This document shows positions 10,022 through 19,831 of a stretch of 64,000 nucleotides of DNA, piece by piece. How positions within the stretch are numbered: position 1 is the first letter of the stretch; every line of letters begins with the position of its first letter. Source of the DNA: Desulfobacterales bacterium (GTDB lineage: Bacteria > Desulfobacterota > Desulfobacteria > Desulfobacterales > UBA5852); the NCBI GenBank assembly GCA_963674755.2, contig CAXXVS010000001.1:224001-288000 (forward strand). The letters are read 5' to 3'. The notes under the pieces are model-generated. The model was not told the DNA's origin and made no database searches. It saw only the letters and a program-made list of their open reading frames with translations. A program made the position numbers and the translations under genes.

Positions 10022-11584
10022 ATGATACCGACCGATGGATTGGTGGAATTGTCCCGCTGGCAGTTCGCCCTGACCGCCATGTACCATTTCCTATTCGTTC
10101 CCCTGACCCTGGGGCTTTCCTGGATTCTTTTCATCATGGAGTCGGTCTACGTCATGACCGGGAAGGTCATCTATCGGGATATGACGCGTTTTTGGGGCAA
10201 GCTGTTCGCCATCAATTTCGCCCTTGGCGTCACCACGGGCCTGACCATGGAATTCCAGTTCGGCACCAACTGGTCCTATTATTCCCACTATGTGGGCGAT
10301 ATATTCGGAGCTCCTCTGGCCATCGAGGGTCTGATGGCTTTTTTTCTGGAATCCACCTTCGTCGGACTGTTTTTTTTCGGTTGGGACAAGCTGAGCAGAC
10401 GCGCCCATCTGGTGACCACCTTCATGGTGGCCCTAGGGTCCAACCTTTCCGCGCTCTGGATTCTGGTGGCCAACGGCTGGATGAACAATCCGGCCGGCTC
10501 CCATTTCAATGTGGACACCATGCGCATGGAGCTGACCAGTTTCGGCGAGCTTTTTTTCAATCCGGTGGCCCAGGTGAAATTCGTCCATACCGTGGGCGCC
10601 GGCTATGTCACAGCCACCATGTTCGTTCTGGCCATCAGCGCCTACTACCTTCTCCGGGGGCGCGACCTGGCGTTTGCCCGCCGGTCGTTTGCGGTGGCCT
10701 CGGGTTTCGGGCTGGCTTCCATCCTGTCGGTCATCGTCCTGGGGGATCAAAGCGGCTACGTGACCGGACAGGTGCAGAAGGTCAAACTGGCGGCCATGGA
10801 GGCCCATTGGGAGACGGGCACGGCCCCCAGTCCATTGACCCTGGTAGGGTTTCCCGATCAGGAAAAGCAGAAAACCGATGCGGCCATCGAGCTGCCCTGG
10901 GTGGGGGGGCTTCTCATCACCCGTTCCATCGACACCCCGGTGCCGGGCATCAAGCAGCTCGTGGCGGAAAATGAAAACAAGATTCGCAGCGGCATGGCGG
11001 CCTACGCCCTGCTGGAAAAATTGCGCCAGGGGGATCGCTCTGAAGCGGTCCAGGCCGCCTTCCGGGAGCGGGAACCCGATCTGGGCTACGGGTTGCTGCT
11101 GAAGCGCTTTACGCCCCGGGTGGTGGACGCCACCGAGGCCCAGATCAAACAAGCCGCTCTGGATACGATTCCCCGGGTGGCGCCCATGTTCTGGGCTTTT
11201 CGCCTCATGGTGGGGCTGGGCTTTTGGATGCTGGCCCTGATCGCGTTGGCTTTTTACTATTGCATCACCCGGGTGTTCGATCAGAAAAAATGGCTCCTCA
11301 AGTTGCTGCTCCTTTCCCTCCCGGCTCCCTGGATAGCCGTCGAACTGGGATGGTTCGTGGCGGAGTTCGGCCGGCAGCCCTGGGCCATCGGCGACATCCT
11401 GCCCACCCACCTGGCGGTCTCCTCCCTGACGGCGGGGGATCTAATCGGCAGTATCGCCGGTTTGGTGGCGCTTTACTCCGGGCTGTTGATTGCCGAGGTC
11501 TATCTGATGCAGAAATTTATCCGCCGAGGCCCCAGCAGCCTGCATACCGGACGCTATCATTTTGAACAGGAAGCCGCGGCCTGA
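10022..11584 (+). CDS. cydA: Cytochrome bd ubiquinol oxidase subunit I (long Q-loop)
   Basis: [49 protein letters not shown]. Confidence 0.97.
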   Translation: MIPTDGLVELSRWQFALTAMYHFLFVPLTLGLSWILFIMESVYVMTGKVIYRDMTRFWGKLFAINFALGVTTGLTMEFQFGTNWSYYSHYVGDIFGAPLAIEGLMAFFLESTFVGLFFFGWDKLSRRAHLVTTFMVALGSNLSALWILVANGWMNNPAGSHFNVDTMRMELTSFGELFFNPVAQVKFVHTVGAGYVTATMFVLAISAYYLLRGRDLAFARRSFAVASGFGLASILSVIVLGDQSGYVTGQVQKVKLAAMEAHWETGTAPSPLTLVGFPDQEKQKTDAAIELPWVGGLLITRSIDTPVPGIKQLVAENENKIRSGMAAYALLEKLRQGDRSEAVQAAFREREPDLGYGLLLKRFTPRVVDATEAQIKQAALDTIPRVAPMFWAFRLMVGLGFWMLALIALAFYYCITRVFDQKKWLLKLLLLSLPAPWIAVELGWFVAEFGRQPWAIGDILPTHLAVSSLTAGDLIGSIAGLVALYSGLLIAEVYLMQKFIRRGPSSLHTGRYHFEQEAAA

Positions 11585-11621
11585 GCGGATGCAGGCCTTT
11601 TGATCAAAGGAGATCCGCACC

Positions 11622-12764
11622 ATGCTTATCGATTATGAGATTTTGAAACTGATATGGTGGCTCTTTGTGGGAGTGTTGCTCATCGGGTTCGCTGTGCTGG
11701 ACGGTTTTGACCTGGGGGTCGGCACCCTGCTGCCGTTTGTGGGCCGCACGGATGAAGAGCGCCGGGTGATCCTGAATGCCATCGGGCCCACCTGGGAGGG
11801 CAACCAGGTATGGTTCATCACCGCCGGGGGGGCGCTCTTTGCCGCCTGGCCGATGGTCTATGCCACGGCCTTCTCCGGGTTTTACTGGGCCATGCTGCTG
11901 GTGCTGTTTGCGCTTTTTTTCCGGCCGGTGGGGTTCGAATACCGCAGCAAGGTGGAAGATGTCCGTTGGCGCAGCCTCTGGGACTGGGGCCTGTTCGCCG
12001 GCGGCGCCGTTCCGGCCCTGGTGTTCGGTGTGGCCTTCGGCAACCTTTTGCAAGGGGTGCCCTTTTACTTCGATGAATTCCTGCGGCCTTACTACACGGG
12101 AAGTTTCTGGGGGCTTCTCAATCCCTTTGCGCTGCTGGCGGGGGTGGTGAGCCTGTCCATGCTGGTCTGCCACGGCGCCGTTTATCTGCAGATGCGCACC
12201 GAGGGCGATGTCCAGACCCGGGCCCGGCAGGCGGCCACCTGGTTCGGCCTGTTGTTTCTGGCCGCCTTCGCCCTGGCCGGGGTTTGGCAGGCCTATGGCA
12301 TCGAGGGCTTCCGGATCGTAACCATGCCGGACCCGGGATCGGTCATGACGCCGCTGGACAAAACCGTGGAAATGGCACCCGGGGCATGGCTGACCAATTT
12401 CAGCCGCTACCCCTGGATGATGGCCGCCCCGGCCACCGTTTTCCTGGGCGGCGCCCTGGCGATCGTGTTGAGCCGGGCCGGCCGGCCCGGATGGGGGTTC
12501 ATCTTCAGCGGCACGGCCGTGGCCGGGGTTATCCTGACCGCGGGCTTTGCCATGTTCCCGTTCGTCATGCCGTCGATCACCCATCCCGGCCAAAGCCTGA
12601 CCGCCTTCGATGCCACCTCCAGCCATCGCACCCTGATGCTGATGTTCGGCGCGGTGGTGATTTTTCTGCCCATCGTGCTGCTGTACACCAGCTGGGTGTA
12701 CCGGGTGCTGCGGGGCAAATCGACGGCGGAAAAAGTGCGGGATAACGCGCATGCCGTCTACTAG
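11622..12764 (+). CDS. cydB: Cytochrome bd ubiquinol oxidase subunit II
   Basis: LDGFDLGVG, GPTWEGNQVW, FRPVGFEYRSK. Confidence 0.97.
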   Translation: MLIDYEILKLIWWLFVGVLLIGFAVLDGFDLGVGTLLPFVGRTDEERRVILNAIGPTWEGNQVWFITAGGALFAAWPMVYATAFSGFYWAMLLVLFALFFRPVGFEYRSKVEDVRWRSLWDWGLFAGGAVPALVFGVAFGNLLQGVPFYFDEFLRPYYTGSFWGLLNPFALLAGVVSLSMLVCHGAVYLQMRTEGDVQTRARQAATWFGLLFLAAFALAGVWQAYGIEGFRIVTMPDPGSVMTPLDKTVEMAPGAWLTNFSRYPWMMAAPATVFLGGALAIVLSRAGRPGWGFIFSGTAVAGVILTAGFAMFPFVMPSITHPGQSLTAFDATSSHRTLMLMFGAVVIFLPIVLLYTSWVYRVLRGKSTAEKVRDNAHAVY

Positions 12765-12954
12765 AAGCTATCTCAAAGTTAGGATTTTTGTTCGAGATCA
12801 AGGTGAAACCGATACGCAATCCCGCAGAGCGGGACTTCCCAGCGTATCGATTCTTCAACGGTGGGTGCCCGCAGACATACTGCTGTATGTCGAGGATTTG
12901 AGTGCGGTTTCAACGCCGATATCGGGCAAAAGGACCTTTTTGAGATAGCGTCGA
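12762..12954 (+). mobile_element. MITE-like structured repeat, copy B (193 bp), between cydB and cydX
   Basis: Terminal IRs TAGAAGCTATCTCAAA / TTTGAGATAGCGTCGA; homologous to 4906-5155. Confidence 0.75.
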
Positions 12955-13017
12955 ATAATGCGGTTACCGTCTGGATGTCGTCACCAACCTGTCAACTTCA
13001 GGAGATTGGTAGATAAC

Positions 13018-13131
13018 ATGTGGTATTTTTCATGGATACTGGGCGTCTTGTTGGCTTGTGCCTTCGGCATTATCAATGTGATGTGGATGGAGACCGAAGA
13101 AATCCTGGGGACGGAAGAAGAGCAGCCCTGA
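13018..13131 (+). CDS. cydX: Cytochrome bd oxidase small subunit CydX (37 aa; not in ORF track)
   Basis: MWYFSWILGVLLACAFGIINVMWMETEEILGTEEEQP matches the CydX signature MWYFxWILGxLLACxFG; AGGAG upstream. Confidence 0.92.
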   Translation: MWYFSWILGVLLACAFGIINVMWMETEEILGTEEEQP

Positions 13132-13229
13132 AGGAGGCGCCGCGACCCCCAGCCTTGCCGGCCATGTGTTTTTCGGGGGGCTGTGGTCCGGAGGCCGGAC
13201 AAGGGCGGCGGCCCGGGGAATCCATCCAT

Positions 13230-13973
13230 ATGAGACCTTCCGACGACCAGCGCGTCCCCTTGGTGATCGTTACCGATGCCCATATCAGCCGGCAGCACGG
13301 CAATAGCGACGCTTTTTTCGAAATGCTGGCCGCGTTGGAGCAGGGTGCCGGCGACGTGGTTTTTCTGGGCGACATTTTCGATCTCTGGATCGCCCTGACC
13401 CGCTATGAAGATGCCTTGCACCACCGGTTTCTGTCCTGGTGCCGGCGGCAGAAAACCCGCCGCCGGGTCGCTTTCATCGAGGGCAATCATGAATTTTTTC
13501 TTGCCCGGCAGCATGCCGATGCCTTTACCTGGTGCATCCCGCAAGCCTGGTGGCGGGATGCCGAGGGCAATCTGTTTTGCCATGGCGACCGCATCAACCG
13601 CTTCGACCGCCGCTACCTGGCCTTCCGCAAATTGATCAAAAACCCCATCGCCCGAGCCCTCATCTACGGCTTGCCGCTGGGACCCCGTCTGGTGCAGCAT
13701 GTCAAGGAACAGATGAAAGGCACCAACCGGGCCTTCCGCAAATCTCTGCCCCAAGAACAGATCCGCCAATTCGCTGAAAACCGCTTCCGGGAGGGCGCGG
13801 TCCGGATATTCCTGGGACATTTTCATCAGGCCTTTCATTATCGGCCGGCCCGCGGGAGGGACCTCTATACCCTGCCGGACTGGCATTCCGAAGGCTGGAT
13901 CAGCGTACTGCCCGGAGGCCGCGGCGATCTGCGGCAGGGCCCCTGGCGGGAGCTCCTGCCGGTCCAGCCCTGA
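13230..13973 (+). CDS. lpxH: UDP-2,3-diacylglucosamine diphosphatase (LpxH-like metallophosphoesterase)
   Basis: DAH, GDIFDLW, EGNHE, CHGD, GHFH motifs. Confidence 0.75.
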   Translation: MRPSDDQRVPLVIVTDAHISRQHGNSDAFFEMLAALEQGAGDVVFLGDIFDLWIALTRYEDALHHRFLSWCRRQKTRRRVAFIEGNHEFFLARQHADAFTWCIPQAWWRDAEGNLFCHGDRINRFDRRYLAFRKLIKNPIARALIYGLPLGPRLVQHVKEQMKGTNRAFRKSLPQEQIRQFAENRFREGAVRIFLGHFHQAFHYRPARGRDLYTLPDWHSEGWISVLPGGRGDLRQGPWRELLPVQP

Positions 13974-14011
13974 GGCCCGCTCTCCCCGCCAGCCGTTCCG
14001 GCCCTGCCGCC

Positions 14012-14040
14012 TTGACTCCTGTCCGACCTCATAATAGACT
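14012..14040 (+). promoter_or_regulatory. Candidate sigma70 promoter
   Basis: TTGACT-N17-TAGACT upstream of the protease gene. Confidence 0.45.
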
Positions 14041-14108
14041 TTATATTCACGATAGCCACTTTGCTGCGGTGGACCGGGCCCGCCGGATCACCCCAAGGGA
14101 GGAACGAC

Positions 14109-15266
14109 ATGCAGAGAAGACGTGAGCGCCACCATTCGTTGCAATGCCAGCGCGCGGGCTTCGGCTTGAAAGGCCGGCTCCCACGGGTAGGACGATTGGC
14201 TGCGCTGCTTGTATTCATCGCCGTCCTATTCTTTCTGATCGGTCCCGGCACAGCCGGTGTCTACCGGTACAAGGATAAAAACGGTGTCTGGCATTTTACC
14301 GACACACCGGATGAAGGTACTTACGAGGCTGCAGAGCAGTATATCAAGGACCGCAAAGCGGCCGGCGATGATACCGCCATGGCAACCCCCGCGCCGGTCG
14401 GGAAGGACCTGCAGGCCCATTTCCGGAAGAACCTGACGCCGGCCAACAAGATTGAAGAGGCGCGCAATGCCACCGTTTCTATCGAGATGGCCCTGGGATC
14501 GGGATCCGGGTTTTTCATATCGGACCAGGGGTATATCGTCACCAACCGCCATGTGATCGACTCCTCCTACGGCCAGACGGAAGATATGGAAGACCAGATC
14601 GAAAATGCCAAAAACCAGGTCGAATATCAGGCCCGGGTTTTGGACGAGGAAGAGCGCCAGCTTCGCAAACAATGGGCCCAGTTGCACCGGCAGCGCAGCC
14701 AGATGCACCCCGAGGAGTACCGACATTGGAAAGATCAGCTTGACCGCCGGGAAGGCATATTGCGCCAGCGGCGCTATCAGTATGAAGAGCAGCGGCGCAA
14801 GTTCGAGGAGGCCTACGACAAATATCAGCAGCGCCGCATCAGCGACCTGTCCCAAAGCGGTTATACTATTGTCCTGGCCGACAAAACCGAGCTCCGGGCG
14901 GAAAAAGTCATCATCAGCGAACACTACGACCTCGCCCTGCTGCGCCTCAAGGGGTATAAAACACCGTTCATCCCGCCGGGCAATGCCAACGGGCTGCATC
15001 ACGGCCAACCCCTTTACGCCATCGGCAATTCCCTGGATATGGGCCATACCGTGACCTCCGGTATTTTTTCAGGACGACGTGAAGACCTGCTGCAAACCAA
15101 CGCCCAGATCAACCCGGGCAACAGCGGCGGCCCCCTGATTACCGAAAACGGTCAGGTGATTGGCGTGAACACCTCCAAGGTTGTTGGTATGGGTGTGGAA
15201 GGCATGGGTTTCGCCATCCCGATTCATGTCGTGATGGCGGAGTTCGGCGCTTACATCGGCCGATAA
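14109..15266 (+). CDS. Trypsin-like (S1C/HtrA-type, PDZ-less) serine protease with DUF4124-like N-terminus
   Basis: VYRYKDKNGVWHFTDTP; GSGSGFF, VTNRHV, DLALL, INPGNSGGPL. Confidence 0.88.
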   Translation: MQRRRERHHSLQCQRAGFGLKGRLPRVGRLAALLVFIAVLFFLIGPGTAGVYRYKDKNGVWHFTDTPDEGTYEAAEQYIKDRKAAGDDTAMATPAPVGKDLQAHFRKNLTPANKIEEARNATVSIEMALGSGSGFFISDQGYIVTNRHVIDSSYGQTEDMEDQIENAKNQVEYQARVLDEEERQLRKQWAQLHRQRSQMHPEEYRHWKDQLDRREGILRQRRYQYEEQRRKFEEAYDKYQQRRISDLSQSGYTIVLADKTELRAEKVIISEHYDLALLRLKGYKTPFIPPGNANGLHHGQPLYAIGNSLDMGHTVTSGIFSGRREDLLQTNAQINPGNSGGPLITENGQVIGVNTSKVVGMGVEGMGFAIPIHVVMAEFGAYIGR

Positions 15267-15280
15267 GCAAGGAGAACGCC

Positions 15281-16306
15281 ATGCGGTATAAGTTGTTGGG
15301 CAACAGCGGGTTGCGGGTTTCCGAGCTTTGCCTCGGTACGATGACCTTCGGGGACGACTGGGGCTGGGGGGCATCCCCCAAGGAGAGCCGACGCATTTTC
15401 GAGGCTTACGCCGAGGCGGGCGGCAACTTTATCGATACGGCCGATCTCTACACCAACGGGAGCAGTGAAAAGCTGGTGGGCGAACTGGTGGCCGGGGACC
15501 GGGAGCGGTTCGTTCTGGCGACCAAATACACGAACAGCATGCCGGGCAGCGATCCCAATGCAGCCGGGAATCATCGCAAAAACATGCTCCAGTCCCTGGA
15601 GGCCAGCCTCAAGCGTCTAAAGGTCGACTATGTGGATATTTTCTGGCTGCATGCCTGGGATTTCACCACACCGGTGGAGGAGGTTATGCGGGCCTTCGAC
15701 GATATGGTTCGCGCGGGCAAGGTGCTCTACATCGGTGTTTCCGACACCCCGGCCTGGATTGTGGCCCGGGCCAACACCCTGGCCGAGCTGCGTGGATGGA
15801 GCCGCTTTATCGCCCTGCAAGTGGAATACAGCCTCGTGGAGCGGACTTCCGAACGGGAGCTGATCCCCATGGCCCGGGCCATGAATCTGGGGGTCACTGC
15901 CTGGTCGCCTCTGGGGAGCGGCTTGCTGACCGGCAAATACACCCGCTCCGCGGGGCCGGGGATCAAGCGGCGTCTCGATACGGTCGCTTTCAAGGAAATT
16001 GACGACAACACCTATTCCATCGCCCGGGAAGTCGACCGTGTGGCCGGTGAAATCGGCAGACACCCCGCCCAAGTGGCCCTCAACTGGGTTCGCCAGCAGC
16101 CGAGGATCATCCCTATCATCGGCGCCCGAACGGTGGAGCAGGTCAAACAGAATCTGGACTGCCTGGCCTTCGCCCTGGATGTCGATCAATTGGAGCGCCT
16201 CGATAAGATCAGTCAGGTGGGAATGGGATTTCCCCATGACTTTCTGAGCAGCGAGGTGCCGCGCGGCTTTCTCTATGGCGGGATGGTCGATCAGATCGAC
16301 TTCTGA
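15281..16306 (+). CDS. Aldo/keto reductase
   Basis: VSELCLGTMTFG, FIDTADLY, ATKY, WSPLGSGLLTGKY. Confidence 0.93.
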   Translation: MRYKLLGNSGLRVSELCLGTMTFGDDWGWGASPKESRRIFEAYAEAGGNFIDTADLYTNGSSEKLVGELVAGDRERFVLATKYTNSMPGSDPNAAGNHRKNMLQSLEASLKRLKVDYVDIFWLHAWDFTTPVEEVMRAFDDMVRAGKVLYIGVSDTPAWIVARANTLAELRGWSRFIALQVEYSLVERTSERELIPMARAMNLGVTAWSPLGSGLLTGKYTRSAGPGIKRRLDTVAFKEIDDNTYSIAREVDRVAGEIGRHPAQVALNWVRQQPRIIPIIGARTVEQVKQNLDCLAFALDVDQLERLDKISQVGMGFPHDFLSSEVPRGFLYGGMVDQIDF

Positions 16307-16498
16307 TCGCCATCCATTAAATCGCATCTTTCCGCCCCGGCCGGCCGCGCATTGGAAACCCTCGCCCTGACCGGGATAAGCCTGTGGTTTCACCCCCCCC
16401 CCAATGGGATTGAATCCGATGGGAAGTCCCGCCGTGCGGGACAAATCGCGGCGGCCTCGGCCGGAACCCAAATCGACCATCTCCGGATGGACACTGCT

Positions 16499-16843
16499 TT
16501 AGCGATTGATTTTCATGGTGCGGGCAAAATCGGAGCTGACGTCCTTTTTTTCCGGCAGGCGGACATCCAGAGTGTGTTTGCCGATGGTGATTTCCTGGCG
16601 TCCCGCCAGGCCGAGGCGGGTGATTTTGCGCCCGTCCACGAAGGTTCCGTTGGTGCTCCCGAGGTCTTCCACAAAATAACCGGTTTTATCCCGCACGATG
16701 CGGGCATGCCGGTCGGAAACCGCCAGGTTGTCGATGGTGATATCATTGGCGCTGTTCCGGCCGATGGTGATTTCGTCCTTGTCCATCTTGAAGGTGTCCA
16801 GGATGGTGTCCTTAAGTTCCAGCGTTATTTCCAGCATCTCCAT
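16499..16843 (-). CDS. Stand-alone FHA domain protein
   Basis: IGR...VSDRHARI...DLGSTNGT. Confidence 0.9.
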   Translation of the reverse strand: MEMLEITLELKDTILDTFKMDKDEITIGRNSANDITIDNLAVSDRHARIVRDKTGYFVEDLGSTNGTFVDGRKITRLGLAGRQEITIGKHTLDVRLPEKKDVSSDFARTMKINR

Positions 16844-16864
16844 TCTCCTTGCAAAGAAGTTGGG

Positions 16865-19420
16865 TTAAGCGAGCCCGCTGCGGCATTGGCGGATAGCCTC
16901 CAGGGCCACTTCCGCGGATTTATAGCGTCGCGTCACGCCTTTGTTCAATAGTTTGTTGACGATGGACACACAGCCCGAGGGTATATCCGGAACGATTTCC
17001 GGCAACGGCCGGAAGGGCGCCTTGGCGATGGCATACATCAGGGCGGCCAGGGTCTCCCCCTCGAAGGGCTTGCGTCCCGTTAGCATCTCATAGAACACGA
17101 TCCCCAGTGAAAACAGGTCCGAACGGCCATCGAGCTTCTTGCCGCCGACCTGCTCCGGCGACATGTAGGAGGGGGTTCCCATGACGATGCCGGTACGGGT
17201 TTTGGCGCTGTCGCGCACCTTGGCAATCCCGAAATCGGTGACCTTGACGCGCCCGTCCTTCAACCGCATGATGTTGGCCGGTTTGATATCCCGATGAATC
17301 ACCCCCATTTGATGGGCATACCCCAGAGCATCCGTCACCGCGGCCATGATATCGAGCACTTCCGGCACGGGTTTAAGCCGGTCGTCGCGGCAAAAGGCCG
17401 TGAGATCCTTCCCCTCCAGCAGCTCCATGGCCATATAGGCCGTATCGTGCTCTTCCCCCACATCATAGATGGTCACGATATTGGGATGGGACAACTTGCC
17501 GGCGGCTTCGGCTTCGCGCAGAAAGCGGGATTTGACTTCCTCCAACTCTTCGGCCGGTACACTGCTGTAGCCCAGGGTTTTGATGGCTACCTGGCGGTTG
17601 ATCCTGGGATCTTGGCCGAGATAGACGGTGCCCATGGCACCCTGGCCGATTTCTTCCACGATCTCATAGCGGCCGAAGGTGGGGCGGGTTTCCGTATCGG
17701 CCAGTTTCAGCGTCGCGACGGTGACCGGGCCTTCCGGGCCGGAGGCCAGGGTGGCCGGCGGCGGGAGGGTTTTCAGTTTGCGCACCCGCCGTTTGGCATC
17801 CCGATATCCCCCGCCCCCCTGGATATGCTCATAGATGGTCAGGGCCTTGTCCGGCATGCGTTTGCGTTCGAAATCCAGGCCGAGGTTATAGAGCAGGCGC
17901 CGCACCGTCTTATCCTCCACCGGGCATTGCATGAATTTCTCCAGGGCCATGTCCAGCATGCCCTGGGCTTGAAAGGAGAGTCCCAGAGAGCGATACAATT
18001 CCGCATTTTCAGCGCGCAGGCGGCGGGCGATCTGGCGGAAAGCGATCAGGGCGAAGCCCAGCACGCACAGCACAAGGCTCGGGACAAGACGGAACCAGTA
18101 GCCGGCCTGCAGGAAGGCGGCCGCGGCCGCCCCCCAGCAGGTGGCCAGGAAGACCGTCAGGATCAACGCGCCGACATTCAACCTGACCCGTGGTATGACC
18201 AGGAGCAGAAACAGGGTGAAATACAGCAGGACCGCACCCTCCGCCAGCGGGGCCCAGGGCGGCCGGCTGATATGGTCGTTGCGCAGGATGGTATCGACGG
18301 CGGCTGCCATGATTTCCGGGGCGCTGGCATCGGTGCCCATGGGGGTGCGGTAGCGGGGGGCTGCGCCCGTGGCCGTTACACCGCAAATCACCACCTGGTC
18401 TTTCAGGATGGCCGGGTCCACCCGGCCGGCGAGGAGGTCGGCCAGGGGAATCCGGTTCAAATGTACCGGCGGCCGGTGAAAGGCGATCCGCAGGCGGTAG
18501 TCGGCATCCGTCAGGATATGCTGGGGGCCGATGCAAAGACCATAAGGGGGGCATCCTTTGGGCTGCAAGGTGGCCTCGCGCAGGGGATACCCCATCGCTT
18601 TGAAGGCCACCTGCAACGGCAGGGCGGGCAGATAGCGCCCCTGATAAGGCCAGAGCAGGCGTATTTGCCGGACAATGCCGTCCGGATCGGCTGTGAGGTT
18701 GACGGCCCCCAGGGCGGCGGCCTTGCCGGCCAGATCCCGGTAGGTTTCCACGACATACGGCAGGGCGGGAGGTCCGGGAATGATCCGTCCCAAGGCAGAC
18801 TGGGCATAAGCAGGCCAGGCCAAGACAGGTTCCCCGGCCTGTTCCGGCACGGTCAAAGAGTTGATGCGCAGCAGACCGCTCAGGGACACAGGGTCGTCTG
18901 TATCGGCCGGGGCTGCCTCCGTGAAGCGAAAGGGCAGTACGATATTGTGCCCGTTGTGCACCGCGGCGGTTAACTGCCGGTCTTCGTCCAGCTGCCGTTT
19001 CACGTCCCGCAGGGTGCGCAAGGCTTGGTGGTAGGCGTTCCTTGGGCGGACCGTGGCGGCGGATCGCAACTGCTTTTGCAGCGCTTCGAGTTCCGCCTGG
19101 GCCGGATTTTCCGACGGTGTCGGAAACAGGGTTGTCAAGGCGACCGCTTTGGCGCCGTAGTCATCCAGCCGCCTCAGGCCCTCGGCCAGCTTCGAACGCG
19201 TCCAGGGTCCCATCCCCAGTTCCCGCAGGCTGGCATCATCGATGGCGATGACCACCACCGGACCCGGGGCCTGGCCCTGGCGCCATTGCAGCAGTTGGTC
19301 GTAAAGCGCATTTTCCGGCCGCTGAAGAGGCCCCCATTCCATGAAAAGGCTTGCAATCAGCAATGCAGCGGCCAGGCTGATGATGAAGCCGGGTGACAAC
19401 AGGATTCGTTTCAGTTTCAT
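16865..19420 (-). CDS. CHASE2-domain membrane Ser/Thr protein kinase
   Basis: CHASE2 (VVVIAIDDASL...GPWTRS; DPDGIVR), 3 TM, TPR-like linker, kinase GQGAMG/VAIK/HRDIKPAN/DFG/SPE; start set at 19420 because the upstream in-frame part is riboswitch leader. Confidence 0.92.
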   Translation of the reverse strand: MKLKRILLSPGFIISLAAALLIASLFMEWGPLQRPENALYDQLLQWRQGQAPGPVVVIAIDDASLRELGMGPWTRSKLAEGLRRLDDYGAKAVALTTLFPTPSENPAQAELEALQKQLRSAATVRPRNAYHQALRTLRDVKRQLDEDRQLTAAVHNGHNIVLPFRFTEAAPADTDDPVSLSGLLRINSLTVPEQAGEPVLAWPAYAQSALGRIIPGPPALPYVVETYRDLAGKAAALGAVNLTADPDGIVRQIRLLWPYQGRYLPALPLQVAFKAMGYPLREATLQPKGCPPYGLCIGPQHILTDADYRLRIAFHRPPVHLNRIPLADLLAGRVDPAILKDQVVICGVTATGAAPRYRTPMGTDASAPEIMAAAVDTILRNDHISRPPWAPLAEGAVLLYFTLFLLLVIPRVRLNVGALILTVFLATCWGAAAAAFLQAGYWFRLVPSLVLCVLGFALIAFRQIARRLRAENAELYRSLGLSFQAQGMLDMALEKFMQCPVEDKTVRRLLYNLGLDFERKRMPDKALTIYEHIQGGGGYRDAKRRVRKLKTLPPPATLASGPEGPVTVATLKLADTETRPTFGRYEIVEEIGQGAMGTVYLGQDPRINRQVAIKTLGYSSVPAEELEEVKSRFLREAEAAGKLSHPNIVTIYDVGEEHDTAYMAMELLEGKDLTAFCRDDRLKPVPEVLDIMAAVTDALGYAHQMGVIHRDIKPANIMRLKDGRVKVTDFGIAKVRDSAKTRTGIVMGTPSYMSPEQVGGKKLDGRSDLFSLGIVFYEMLTGRKPFEGETLAALMYAIAKAPFRPLPEIVPDIPSGCVSIVNKLLNKGVTRRYKSAEVALEAIRQCRSGLA

Positions 19421-19468
19421 GGCAGTCTTCCAACCAGCGGGCGTGCATGCGCCTGGCGCACCGGGCAT

Positions 19469-19509
19469 AAAAAAGGCCGAATCGTCTAACTGTCTGATGC
19501 GATTCGGCC
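19469..19509 (-). terminator. Intrinsic terminator (riboswitch expression platform)
   Basis: Minus strand GGCCGAATCG-loop-CGATTCGGCC followed by TTTTTT. Confidence 0.8.
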
Positions 19510-19520
19510 GTCTACAATCA

Positions 19521-19597
19521 TCGGCGGCCCGGCTGTCTCGCGCAAGACCCGTGGCTTTCCGTCCCTGCCTCACGGCAGGTTTGGCGTTCTCCGTCAA
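19521..19597 (-). ncRNA. Cyclic di-GMP-I (GEMM) riboswitch
   Basis: Minus strand GCCAAACCTGCCGTGAGGCAGGGACGGAAAGCCACGGGTCTTGCGCGAGACAGCCGGGCCGCCGA. Confidence 0.92.
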
Positions 19598-19630
19598 CGG
19601 AGAGCAATGATGGTTATGTCAACTCTTTTA

Positions 19631-19659
19631 TTTCTATGTGAAAAAGCCTGGCATGTCAA
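19631..19659 (-). promoter_or_regulatory. Candidate sigma70 promoter upstream of riboswitch
   Basis: Minus strand TTGACA-N17-TAGAAA. Confidence 0.45.
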
Positions 19660-19831
19660 AAAGAAATGCGCTCTTCGCCGGTGGAACTGATATAGAGGCT
19701 TCCCTTTGCGCCCCGGCGGCTTATCGACGTTGGTGAACATTTTTACATGCAAGTATTCGGAAATACCTGCTCTGAAAGAAGCTAACCTGACGGAGGGGCT
19801 TGCGGCGAGGAAATCGAGTCTGCGGAAGCGG

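Noticed and set aside
13020..13229. N-terminal extension of the LpxH-like ORF
   Set aside because: Overlaps cydX in another frame; homology starts near 13230
17294..18973. Long antisense ORFs (e.g. 17294-18973, 39950-41197, 44811-46418, 48184-49788, 53538-55079)
   Set aside because: Shadow frames of well-supported GC-rich genes; no recognisable motifs
19421..19597. 59-codon N-terminal extension of the kinase ORF
   Set aside because: Overlaps the riboswitch and terminator; the TM segment begins at Met 19420
19521..19597. Calling the riboswitches cGAMP-specific (GEMM-Ib)
   Set aside because: Both have G, not A, at the discriminating position
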